Shown here: positions 33,889 through 41,900 of the stretch, in pieces
Layout: each line of letters begins with the position of its first letter
Numbering within the stretch: position 1 is the first letter of the stretch
DNA from: Acidobacteriota bacterium
GTDB taxonomy: Bacteria; Acidobacteriota; Vicinamibacteria; Vicinamibacterales; CAVVIG01
Direction: 5' to 3'
Assembly: GCA_020850715.1 (NCBI GenBank)
Contig: JADZED010000049.1
Location: forward strand, 3,693 to 67,692
DNA length: 64,000 bases
Notes under the pieces: model-generated
Told to the model about the DNA's origin: nothing
The model's database searches: none
The model's input: only the letters and a program-made list of their open reading frames with translations
Position numbers and translations under genes: made by a program

Positions 33889-36509
33889 TGGATTGCACAT
33901 TGCACATGGCTGATGGTGGACTGGCGGGCCGGCCGGGGCCGCGGCTGACGAACGGCGCCCCGGTCCCGGCGGGCCGCCGGCGTTCGCGCACCGCTGCGGC
34001 CGGACTCCTCGCCCTGCTGGCGCTGGCGGCGGTTGGCTGCGCGGCCTCGCAGGCCTTCAGGCAGGGGGCGGCGGCCACCCGGCGCGGCGACCTCGACGAA
34101 GCGGTCGTCGCGTACCGCCGGGCCGTACAGGCCGATCCCGACAACCCGAACTTCAAGATCGCGCTGGAGCGCGCGATGATGGCCGCCTCGCGCGCGCACC
34201 TCGAGCGGGCGCGCGCCTTCGAGGAGCAGAATCAGCTCGAGGCGGCGCTGAGCGCGTACCGGCTGGCCAGCGAGAACGACGTCACCAACCGCAGCGCCGC
34301 CGCGAAGGTGAGCGAACTGGAGCGGACGATCCGCGACCGCATCGAAGCGGCGCGGCCGGAGCCGCCGATCACGGCGCTGCGCGCGCGCGCGGCCGCCGCG
34401 GCCGCCGAGCCGATCCTCAACCCGGCGTCGCGCGAGCCGCTGACCGTGCGCTTCCCGAATGCGAATGTCCGCGACGTCCTCAACTTCATCGGCAACGCCA
34501 CCGGAATCAACATCTCGTACGATCGCGAGGTTCCCGATCGCCAGACGCAGATCCAGCTCGACGGCGTCACGCTCGAGCAGGCGCTGAACCAGATCATGAC
34601 GATGAACGGCCTGTCGTACAAGGTCGTCAACGAACGCTCGATCTTCGTCTTTCCGGACACGCCGCAGAAGCACAATCAGTACGACGAGCAGGTCGTGCGC
34701 ACCTTCTACATCTCGCACGCGGACCCGACCGAACTCGGGCAGCTCTTGAGCACCATCATGCGCATGCCGGGCGTGGCCATCCAGCCGGCGATCGTCCCGA
34801 ACAAGACCGCCAACACGATCACGGTCCGCGGGACGACTTCGGTCGTGCAGATCATCGAGCGGATCATCGCGCAGAACGACAAGCCGCGGGCCGAGATCGT
34901 CGTCGACGTCGAGATCCTCGAGGTGAACCGGACCCGCGCCAAGGCCTATGGCCTCAACCTCTCGGACTACGCGCTCGGCACGCTGTTCTCGCCTGAAGTA
35001 TCGCCGAGCGGATCGACCTCCGGTGGCGGGTCGGGCAGCGGCGGGAGCGGGGGGACCGGAGGCGGCACCACCAGCACCACCGGCGGCGCTTCGACGGCGC
35101 CGGGCAAGCTCGCCTCGCCGCCGCCGTTCAACCTGAACACGATCTCGCGCGGCGTCACGACCGCCGATTTCTATCTCGCGGTGCCCACCGCGATCGTGAA
35201 ATTCCTGGAGAGCGACAGCCAGACGAAGCTGATCGCGAAGCCGCAGTTGCGCGGCGCCGAGGGCAGCAAGCTCACGCTGAAGCTCGGCGACCGCATCCCG
35301 GTGATTTCCACCGCCTTCACGCCGATCGCCGGCGGCGGCGCCGGCGTGAACCCGCTCAGCACCTACAACTACCAGGACATCGGCGTGAACATCGACATGA
35401 CGCCGCGCGTGACGCTCGAAGGGGACATCATCCTCGATCTCACTCTCGAAAACCTGTCGCTCGGCGCCAACGTCTCGGTGGCCGGCAACGACGTGCCGTC
35501 GTTCGGCCAGCGCAGCGTCACGACCCGCCTGCGGCTGCGCGACGGCGAGTCGAATCTGCTCGCCGGTCTGCTGCGCGAAGACGAGCGCCGCTCGCTCGAG
35601 GGATTCCCGGGGGCAATTCATCTGCCGATACTGAAGCAGCTGTTCTCGGCGAACGACACGAGCATCGCCCAGACCGACATCGTGATGCTGCTGACGCCCC
35701 ACGTCATCCGCACCCACGAGCTCAGCGAGACCGATCTCGCGCCGATCTACATCGGCTCGCAGCAGAACCTGGCGATTGGCGGCGCGCCGCCGCTCATCGC
35801 CGGAAGCCCCGAGCCGGAGCCGCAGCCCGTCCCGGCGCCGGCCGGACCTGCGGCGCCTGTGCCGGAGCCGGTCGGCCCGCAGACCCGAGCACCGGCGGGC
35901 ACGACCATCGTCGCCCCGCCGGGCACCTCGCCCGTGCCGGGCACCGTGCTCATCCCGACACCGGCACCGCTGCCGACGCCGCCGCCGCAGCCGGAGCCCA
36001 CGCCGCCGGCCGCGCCGGATCCGGCCGCAGCCGCGCCGGCGCCGGAGCCCGCACCGGCAGCGCTCGACAACGTGACGACGCAGACGCCGGGAGTCGGTTC
36101 GGCGCTGCTGATCATCTCGCCGCCCGGGCCGGCCATGCGCGTGGGCGGCGGGCCCTACACGGTGCCCATCTCGATCACCAACGTCTCTCGGCTCTCGACG
36201 ATCGCGCTCACGATGACCTTCGATCCCGGCGTGCTCCGCGTACGCACCGTGCAGGAAGGAAGCTTCATGCGCAGCGGCGGCGTCACGGTGAGCTTCGTGC
36301 AGCAGGTGACCGGAGGGCGCATCGACATCACGCTGAGCCGCGCGGCGGACGCCACTGGCGCCTCGGGCACGGGGCTGCTGGCCGCGGTGCTCTTCGATGC
36401 CATCGGTCCCGGCGCGTCGACGCTGTCCCTGGCCGGCAGCGCGACCGGACCGGGCGGCACCGCGATGGGGCTGCAATTCCGGCCGGTCGCCGTCACCGTA
36501 GAGCCGTGA
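33885..36509 (+). CDS. Secretin (GspD/PilQ family) lipoprotein with N-terminal TPR-like region, Gly/Ser/Thr-rich insertion, Pro-rich linker and C-terminal cohesin-like domain
   Basis: Lipobox LALAAVGC. TPR-like helices (GDLDEAVVAYRRAVQADPDN..., NQLEAALSAYRLA). N0/N1 domains (VRDVLNFIGNATGINISYD...). Secretin core (KLIAKPQLRGAEGSKLTLKLGDRIPV...FPGAIHLPILKQLFS...IVMLLTPHVI). The last 135 aa show a cohesin pattern (YTVPISITNVSRLSTIALTMTFDPGVLRVRTVQEGSFM). Confidence 0.9.
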   Translation: MMDCTLHMADGGLAGRPGPRLTNGAPVPAGRRRSRTAAAGLLALLALAAVGCAASQAFRQGAAATRRGDLDEAVVAYRRAVQADPDNPNFKIALERAMMAASRAHLERARAFEEQNQLEAALSAYRLASENDVTNRSAAAKVSELERTIRDRIEAARPEPPITALRARAAAAAAEPILNPASREPLTVRFPNANVRDVLNFIGNATGINISYDREVPDRQTQIQLDGVTLEQALNQIMTMNGLSYKVVNERSIFVFPDTPQKHNQYDEQVVRTFYISHADPTELGQLLSTIMRMPGVAIQPAIVPNKTANTITVRGTTSVVQIIERIIAQNDKPRAEIVVDVEILEVNRTRAKAYGLNLSDYALGTLFSPEVSPSGSTSGGGSGSGGSGGTGGGTTSTTGGASTAPGKLASPPPFNLNTISRGVTTADFYLAVPTAIVKFLESDSQTKLIAKPQLRGAEGSKLTLKLGDRIPVISTAFTPIAGGGAGVNPLSTYNYQDIGVNIDMTPRVTLEGDIILDLTLENLSLGANVSVAGNDVPSFGQRSVTTRLRLRDGESNLLAGLLREDERRSLEGFPGAIHLPILKQLFSANDTSIAQTDIVMLLTPHVIRTHELSETDLAPIYIGSQQNLAIGGAPPLIAGSPEPEPQPVPAPAGPAAPVPEPVGPQTRAPAGTTIVAPPGTSPVPGTVLIPTPAPLPTPPPQPEPTPPAAPDPAAAAPAPEPAPAALDNVTTQTPGVGSALLIISPPGPAMRVGGGPYTVPISITNVSRLSTIALTMTFDPGVLRVRTVQEGSFMRSGGVTVSFVQQVTGGRIDITLSRAADATGASGTGLLAAVLFDAIGPGASTLSLAGSATGPGGTAMGLQFRPVAVTVEP

Positions 36510-36973
36510 TCGGCAGACAGAACGGCTACACGTTTGTCGAGCTGATCGTCGTCGCCACCATCGTGATGATTCTGGCGTCGGCCATCATGCCGCTCGCCAG
36601 AGTGACCGCGACGCGGCAGCGCGAGGTCGAACTGCGCCGCGCGTTGCGCGAGATGCGGGTTGCCATCGACAAGTACAAGGATCAGGCCGACCTGGGCAAC
36701 ATCAGCCCGACGGAAATCAAGGTCGGGAGCGAGAACTACCCGCCCACGCTGCAGGTCCTGGTCGACGGCGTGACGGCGGCGAACGACGCCACCGGCCGCA
36801 AGCTGAAGTTCCTGCGGCGGATTCCGGTCGACCCGATGACGCGCGGCGACTGGGGGCTGCGGTCGTACCAGGACGAGCCCGACGCGCGCGCCTGGGGCGG
36901 CCAGAACGTGTTCGATGTCCATACCACCTCGGAGGGCACCGCGCTTGACGGCACGAAATACTCCGACTGGTAG
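36506..36973 (+). CDS. GspG-like major pseudopilin (copy 1)
   Basis: Prepilin N-terminus MIGRQNG|YTFVELIVVATIVMILASAIMP. GspG-type core LREMRVAIDKYKD... . C-terminus SEGTALDGTKYSDW. Confidence 0.85.
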   Translation: MIGRQNGYTFVELIVVATIVMILASAIMPLARVTATRQREVELRRALREMRVAIDKYKDQADLGNISPTEIKVGSENYPPTLQVLVDGVTAANDATGRKLKFLRRIPVDPMTRGDWGLRSYQDEPDARAWGGQNVFDVHTTSEGTALDGTKYSDW

Positions 36974-37358
36974 GCCGGCGGCCGGTTTCACGCTCATCGA
37001 ACTGCTGGTCGTGGTGTCGCTGATCATGCTGATCTCGACGATGGCGATGACGCAGTACCGCAACGGGGTCGTCCATGCGAAAGAAGCGGTGCTGCAAGAG
37101 GATCTGTTCCGGCTGCGGGACGCGATCGATCAGTATTACGCCGACAAGGGGCAGTATCCGCAGTCGCTCGACGCGCTGGTGACCGACGGCTACGTACGGC
37201 AGATTCCGGAGGATCCGATCACCGGGAGCGCCGCGACGTGGCAGGAAGTTCCGGCCGAGCCCGATCCGAACAACCCGATGGGGGAGCCTGGCGTATTCAA
37301 CGTCAGGAGCGGCTCGGAGGGGACGGCGCTCGATGGGACGAAGTATTCGGAGTGGTAG
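36915..37358 (+). CDS. GspG-like major pseudopilin (copy 2)
   Basis: G|FTLIELLVVVSLIMLISTMAM. LRDAIDQYYADKGQYPQSLDALVTDGYVRQIPEDPITG is the GspG hallmark. C-terminus SEGTALDGTKYSEW. The only ATG/GTG start in frame (36915) overlaps copy 1 by 59 nt, so the start is uncertain. Confidence 0.8.
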   Translation: MSIPPRRAPRLTARNTPTGRPAAGFTLIELLVVVSLIMLISTMAMTQYRNGVVHAKEAVLQEDLFRLRDAIDQYYADKGQYPQSLDALVTDGYVRQIPEDPITGSAATWQEVPAEPDPNNPMGEPGVFNVRSGSEGTALDGTKYSEW

Positions 37359-37498
37359 GAGGGTCGCCAGCCGGCGGTCTCGGTCATCAGTCGCCGCCGG
37401 TCGCAGCCCTCAGTCCGCAGTTACCGTGGAAACGCTCGGATCTGCGTCCAACCGCCGGTAGCGTCCGGATTCTGCACGGCCTCGGCCGCTGTCGAAGA

Positions 37499-38782
37499 CT
37501 ACTTCACGATGATGATCGTCGTCGCCGTCGCCTGGCCGCCGCTCGTGTCGGTCGCCGTGACGCTTGGGTAGTACGAACCCGCCTGCGCGTAGGTGTGCGG
37601 CACCTTGATGCCGGTGCCGCTCTGCGCACCTAGATTCACCTGAGGGGACCCGTCTCCGAAATTGACGACGACGCTCTGGATCGTGGCCCCGGTGGCCGCG
37701 GTGGCCACCGTGGCCGTGATGGTGAAGGTGACCAGCGTGACGTTCGCGTTCGGGTTCGCGTTGTCCGGCAGGATGCTGACGGTCGGAGGCATCTTCGCCG
37801 CCACGGTCACCTGGGCAAGGCCGGCGAACGAATCGCCGTTGGAATCGGTGACCGTCGCCGTGATGGTGTAGGTGCCCGATGAGCTGTAGGTGTGCGAAAG
37901 CGGCACCGTGCCCGATGCCGCGCCGAGCGCCTGCGACTGGCCGTCCCCGAAGTTCACGACGACATTGCGAATCGCGCTGCCGCCAACCGGATCGACCTTG
38001 AGCGTCAAGGCCACGGGCAGGCCGGCAACCGGCGAGCTCGTCGTGATCGTGAACGCGATGCCCGGCGCGGCGTTGACCGTCACCGTGATCGAGTTCGACG
38101 GTGCGGCCGTCGTGGTCGTGCCTGATGTCGAGGCGACCCCGGCGGTGGCGGTAACCTTCGTCGTCTTTCCAGTGGTCAACGTCGTTCTGGCGGCGCCCGA
38201 GGCGTCGGTCGTGACGACCGCCAGACCCACGGAGCCGGCGTCGGTGCTGAACGTCACGGGAATGCCGGCGAGGGGATTGCCCGACGAATCGTTCACCGTC
38301 GCCGTGATCGTCGACGACCCGCCGCTCGACGGCAGCGACAGCGGGGACGCGCTCATCACGATGCTGCTGACCGCCGCGGCGCCGACCGCGATCTTCACCG
38401 CGCCGGTCGCGCCGGCCGACACGCCGCCGGAGATTGCCGTGATCGTCGCCGTGCCCGATGCGCCGTTGGCCGAGAACGTCGTCGCCGCCCGGCCGCTGAT
38501 GTCGGTCTCGACCTCCGCCGGCGCGACCGTGCCGAGCGTCGTCGTAAAGGTGACCAGCGTGCCCGCGTGCGGCGGCGTGCCCGATGGCTCGATCACCTGC
38601 GCCACAATCGTCGTCTTGCCGGTGGCGGAGAGCGACGTGGCGAGTGCATTGAGCGTGATCGTCGAACCCGACGGCGCGAGCAGCGGCACCTTCTGACAGG
38701 CGACCGCCGCGGCCACGAGCGCCGCGAGCGCGCACGCCGAGACGGCGCGGAGAGCGCGTGTTATCATGAAAGCGCGCAACAT
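37499..38782 (-). CDS. Surface/periplasmic lipoprotein with tandem bacterial Ig-like (Big) repeats and two PKD-like domains
   Basis: Lipobox AAAVAC. Repeated ...GTATITA...G...VTF.T..G... modules. Two PKD-type motifs (VVVNFGDGQSQ...HTYSSSGTYTITATVTDSNG and VVVNFGDGSPQ...HTYAQAGSYYPSVTATDTSG). The start is ambiguous within 38767-38794. Confidence 0.75.
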   Translation of the reverse strand: MLRAFMITRALRAVSACALAALVAAAVACQKVPLLAPSGSTITLNALATSLSATGKTTIVAQVIEPSGTPPHAGTLVTFTTTLGTVAPAEVETDISGRAATTFSANGASGTATITAISGGVSAGATGAVKIAVGAAAVSSIVMSASPLSLPSSGGSSTITATVNDSSGNPLAGIPVTFSTDAGSVGLAVVTTDASGAARTTLTTGKTTKVTATAGVASTSGTTTTAAPSNSITVTVNAAPGIAFTITTSSPVAGLPVALTLKVDPVGGSAIRNVVVNFGDGQSQALGAASGTVPLSHTYSSSGTYTITATVTDSNGDSFAGLAQVTVAAKMPPTVSILPDNANPNANVTLVTFTITATVATAATGATIQSVVVNFGDGSPQVNLGAQSGTGIKVPHTYAQAGSYYPSVTATDTSGGQATATTIIIVK

Positions 38783-38792
38783 CTTAGCTTCC

Positions 38793-39485
38793 ATGAAGTT
38801 AGCGGGTCAAGCGCGCGAAGACGGCTACGCAATGGCGGCGCTGCTCGTGGGCATGGCGGTCATGGCCGTCATGACGAGCGTCGCCATGCCGGTCTGGTCG
38901 CGCATGGTGCAGCGGGAGAAGGAAGAGGAACTCGTCTTCCGCGGCCAGCAGTACGCGCGGGCCATCGGGCTGTTCCAACGCAAGTTCGCCAACGCTGCGC
39001 CGCCGAGCCTCGACCTCCTCGTCGAGCAGAAGTTCCTGCGCAAGAAATACAAGGACCCGATCACCAACGACGACTTCGTGCCGATCACGCAGGCGCAGGC
39101 GCAGCAGCCGGGGGCGGCCGGCGCGCTCACCCCGGGTAGCGGCGGGCAGACCCCGGTTCCGGGGAGCGGCCGCGCACCGGCGCGCCCGTCGGGCACTGGC
39201 GCCGCGGGCGGTCGAGGCCCTGGCACGCCGGCTGGAGGCATTGTCGGCGTGACGAGCAAGAGCACCCGCGAATCGATTCGTCTCTACAACGGGCGCAATC
39301 ACTACAACGAGTGGCAGTTCGTGTACGCACCGCCGGCGGCCACCCCCGCGCAGGGCGCGCGGCCGGGGGCGGCGGGTCCTGGTCTGGGCGGCCGTCCCGG
39401 AGCGCAGGGACGGCCGCCGGGCACCGCTCGCGAGGCGCCGCTCATGGGCTCGCCGCGGCCCCGACCGCGCCCCGCCGGCCGTTGA
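38793..39485 (+). CDS. Atypical pseudopilin-like protein (prepilin-like N-terminal helix without Glu5, Gly/Pro-rich segments)
   Basis: MKLAGQAREDG|YAMAALLVGMAVMAVMTSVAMPVW, followed by EEELVFRGQQYARAIGLFQRKF and IVGVTSKSTRESIRLYNGRNHYNEWQFVY. The start is ambiguous (38766 or 38793). Confidence 0.6.
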   Translation: MKLAGQAREDGYAMAALLVGMAVMAVMTSVAMPVWSRMVQREKEEELVFRGQQYARAIGLFQRKFANAAPPSLDLLVEQKFLRKKYKDPITNDDFVPITQAQAQQPGAAGALTPGSGGQTPVPGSGRAPARPSGTGAAGGRGPGTPAGGIVGVTSKSTRESIRLYNGRNHYNEWQFVYAPPAATPAQGARPGAAGPGLGGRPGAQGRPPGTAREAPLMGSPRPRPRPAGR

Positions 39486-39552
39486 TGAGCGTTCCGTTCT
39501 CATCGCGGACACCCGCCCTTCGAGATCAGCGCGCTCGAGGCGCCAGGTCCGC

Positions 39553-40641
39553 TCAAATGGCTGCCGCGGCGTCATGAAATGCCCGGCGGACTTGCCGCAT
39601 CTGCGCGAGCGTGCCGCCGCTGCACACGCGGTTCGCCAGCAGCACGAAGTAGCGGTCGCGTTCCGGGTCGATCCACAGCGACGTCCCCGTGAAACCGGTA
39701 TGGCCGATCGCAGTCGCCGACATCCTGGTGCCGCACGACGAGGTCGGGAGCATCGTGTCCCAGCCGAGTGCGCGCGAACTGCCGGGCACGCAGCTTCGGG
39801 CCGCGAAACGGGCGACGAGGTGGGCGGGCCAGCGCGTTGAGGCGTCGCGGCTCGCCTCCGCGGCGCCTGCCGCGCCTGCCGGATTGCGCAACGCCCTCAG
39901 GACGACGCGGGCGAAGGCACCCACCGCGCCAGCGGTCCCGAACAGTCCTGCGTGGCCGGCCACTCCGCCGAGCGCGCTCGCGTAGCTGTCGTGAACCTCG
40001 CCCGCCAGCAGACGCCCGCGGCGCGGATCCTCTGACAGCGGCAGGGTCGGCGCCGCCAGCCTGCGGAGCGGGGGCTCGGGCGCGAACGGCAACGGCCCCG
40101 CACCGAGCGCGCCAGCGATTGCATCAAACTGCGCCGCGAGCGTGGCGCCGCCGCGCGCCGCAAGAAGGAAACCCAGCAGGATGAAGTCCAGGTCGCTGTA
40201 GAGCGACCCGGTGCGCGGCTCGTACTCGAGCGCGATCGCGCAGATCTCGTGCTCGAACTCGCGCCGGCCGCTAGGCGGCGCGTCCACGAGCCGCGCCGGA
40301 AGCCCCGCGGCATGCTCGAGCAGGTCGGCGACGGTCGTCGCCTCGCGGCCGCGGCCCACCCATTCCGGGAAGAAGGCGCGTACGGGCTCGTCGAGGCGCA
40401 TCGCTCCCCGCGTCACCAGGTCCATCGCGACGCTGACGGTGGCAATGACCTTCGTGAGCGAGGCGAGATCGAACAGCGTCTCGCGCATCGCCGGCGCCGC
40501 CTCCGCATCGAACGTCAGCGTTCCGAACGCCTCGCTCCAGAGGCTGTCGCGGCTCGTGCCGACGTCGACCGCCGCGGCCGGAAACACGCGCGCACGAACC
40601 GCCTCGCTGACGATCTGCCGGGCGTGCGCGGGGCCGCTCAT
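39553..40641 (-). CDS. Serine hydrolase, beta-lactamase/AmpH/PBP4*-like family
   Basis: SxxK motif in FDLASLTKVIATV, with the overall class C/AmpH-like pattern (...YSDLDFILLG..., HTGFTGTSLWIDP). Confidence 0.85.
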   Translation of the reverse strand: MSGPAHARQIVSEAVRARVFPAAAVDVGTSRDSLWSEAFGTLTFDAEAAPAMRETLFDLASLTKVIATVSVAMDLVTRGAMRLDEPVRAFFPEWVGRGREATTVADLLEHAAGLPARLVDAPPSGRREFEHEICAIALEYEPRTGSLYSDLDFILLGFLLAARGGATLAAQFDAIAGALGAGPLPFAPEPPLRRLAAPTLPLSEDPRRGRLLAGEVHDSYASALGGVAGHAGLFGTAGAVGAFARVVLRALRNPAGAAGAAEASRDASTRWPAHLVARFAARSCVPGSSRALGWDTMLPTSSCGTRMSATAIGHTGFTGTSLWIDPERDRYFVLLANRVCSGGTLAQMRQVRRAFHDAAAAI

Positions 40642-40653
40642 CGGTCCCGCCGG

Positions 40654-41889
40654 CTAACGTTCCCCGAACGCCGCGCGGCCGACCTGCGCCAGGCCGTCCC
40701 CGCCGCGGGCAGGATCCACGAGGCTGTCGTAGGAGAAGAGGATGACGCCGTCGGCGCGCTGGCGGCGCGCATTGCGGACCGCCTCGACGATCTGCGCCGA
40801 GGGCATCCGGTAGGCGCCGATGCCGGCCCACAGCCCGTGCGCGCCGGCGAGTTCGCGCGCGGCGGCGATCTGCGTCGTGAAGAGTCCGGCATCGGTCGTA
40901 TAGGCCATCGGGCAGACGACGTCGAGGAGCCCGCGCGTGAGCCAGTCGCGCCAGTTCTGCAAGCGGTGGCGGGCGGCATCGACCGAGTCGGGCACGACGG
41001 CGGCGCTCACGATTGCCCCGGGGCGCGCGGCCTTGATCGTGGCGCGCAGCCGCGCGACCAGGTCGCTCAGGCGGCTCATGCGGAACCCGCGCCAGCGCTC
41101 GGGAAACGCCTCGGCGTACGCCGCAGGCGACTGCGCCAGGCGCGCGTCATGGTTCCGCAGGTCGGCGCGCGAGAGGTCGATCGCGAGGTCGCGCCGGAAG
41201 GCCAGCAGCGCCTCGCGGCTGTAGTCGAACTCGTCGGACGGGTAGCGGACGTAGTCGAGGTGCACGCCGTCCACGGCGTAGCGGCGGACGATGTCGCGGA
41301 CCACACCCAGCGTGTACTCGACGGACCCCTCCGCGATGGGCGAGAGATACAGCCCCTCGATCGCCTCCGGCCTGCTGCGCACGTAGCCCGCGAGCCGCTC
41401 GAGGTACTCGGGCCGCCGCGGCTCCATCGCCCACAGGTCCGACGCGAGCACCCTGGGCACCATCAGCCATTCAGGATGTTGGTAGATCACGTGATCGCGC
41501 GAAGCGGGCAGCATCGCGGCGCTCGCGATGAGGTTGACGTTCATCCAGGCGTGTACCCGCAGGCCTGCCTGGTGCGCGCGCGCGATCGTCATCGCGAGCG
41601 GGTCGAAGTCGGCGGCGGCCGGATCGAGCGCCGGGGCGCGCGGCTCGTCGCCGCCGGCGTAGTAGGCATCGCCGCGTCCGCGGACCTGCACGACGAGCGT
41701 GTTGAACCCGCTGGCGGCTGCGGAGCCGACCATCGCCTCGACCGCCGCGGGCGAGGTCAGCGCGGTCCGGACCACCCAGAGCGCGCGGACCTCGGCAGAA
41801 GCGGCGCCGGCCGGCTTGAAGAGGGCGACGGCCATCGCCGCGGCGAAGACGATCGATCTGGCCGGTCCCGGGAGGCGCCGCACGGGCAT
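40654..41889 (-). CDS. Glycoside-hydrolase-like family 10 (GHL10 / DUF187, YngK-like) protein with signal peptide
   Basis: VRALWVVRTALTSP..., GFNTLVVQVRGRGDAYY, RVHAWMNV and DGVHLDYVRYP. The 743-aa ORF-track entry is a read-through of the upstream frame. Confidence 0.8.
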   Translation of the reverse strand: MPVRRLPGPARSIVFAAAMAVALFKPAGAASAEVRALWVVRTALTSPAAVEAMVGSAAASGFNTLVVQVRGRGDAYYAGGDEPRAPALDPAAADFDPLAMTIARAHQAGLRVHAWMNVNLIASAAMLPASRDHVIYQHPEWLMVPRVLASDLWAMEPRRPEYLERLAGYVRSRPEAIEGLYLSPIAEGSVEYTLGVVRDIVRRYAVDGVHLDYVRYPSDEFDYSREALLAFRRDLAIDLSRADLRNHDARLAQSPAAYAEAFPERWRGFRMSRLSDLVARLRATIKAARPGAIVSAAVVPDSVDAARHRLQNWRDWLTRGLLDVVCPMAYTTDAGLFTTQIAAARELAGAHGLWAGIGAYRMPSAQIVEAVRNARRQRADGVILFSYDSLVDPARGGDGLAQVGRAAFGER

Positions 41890-41900
41890 CGAACGCCTGA

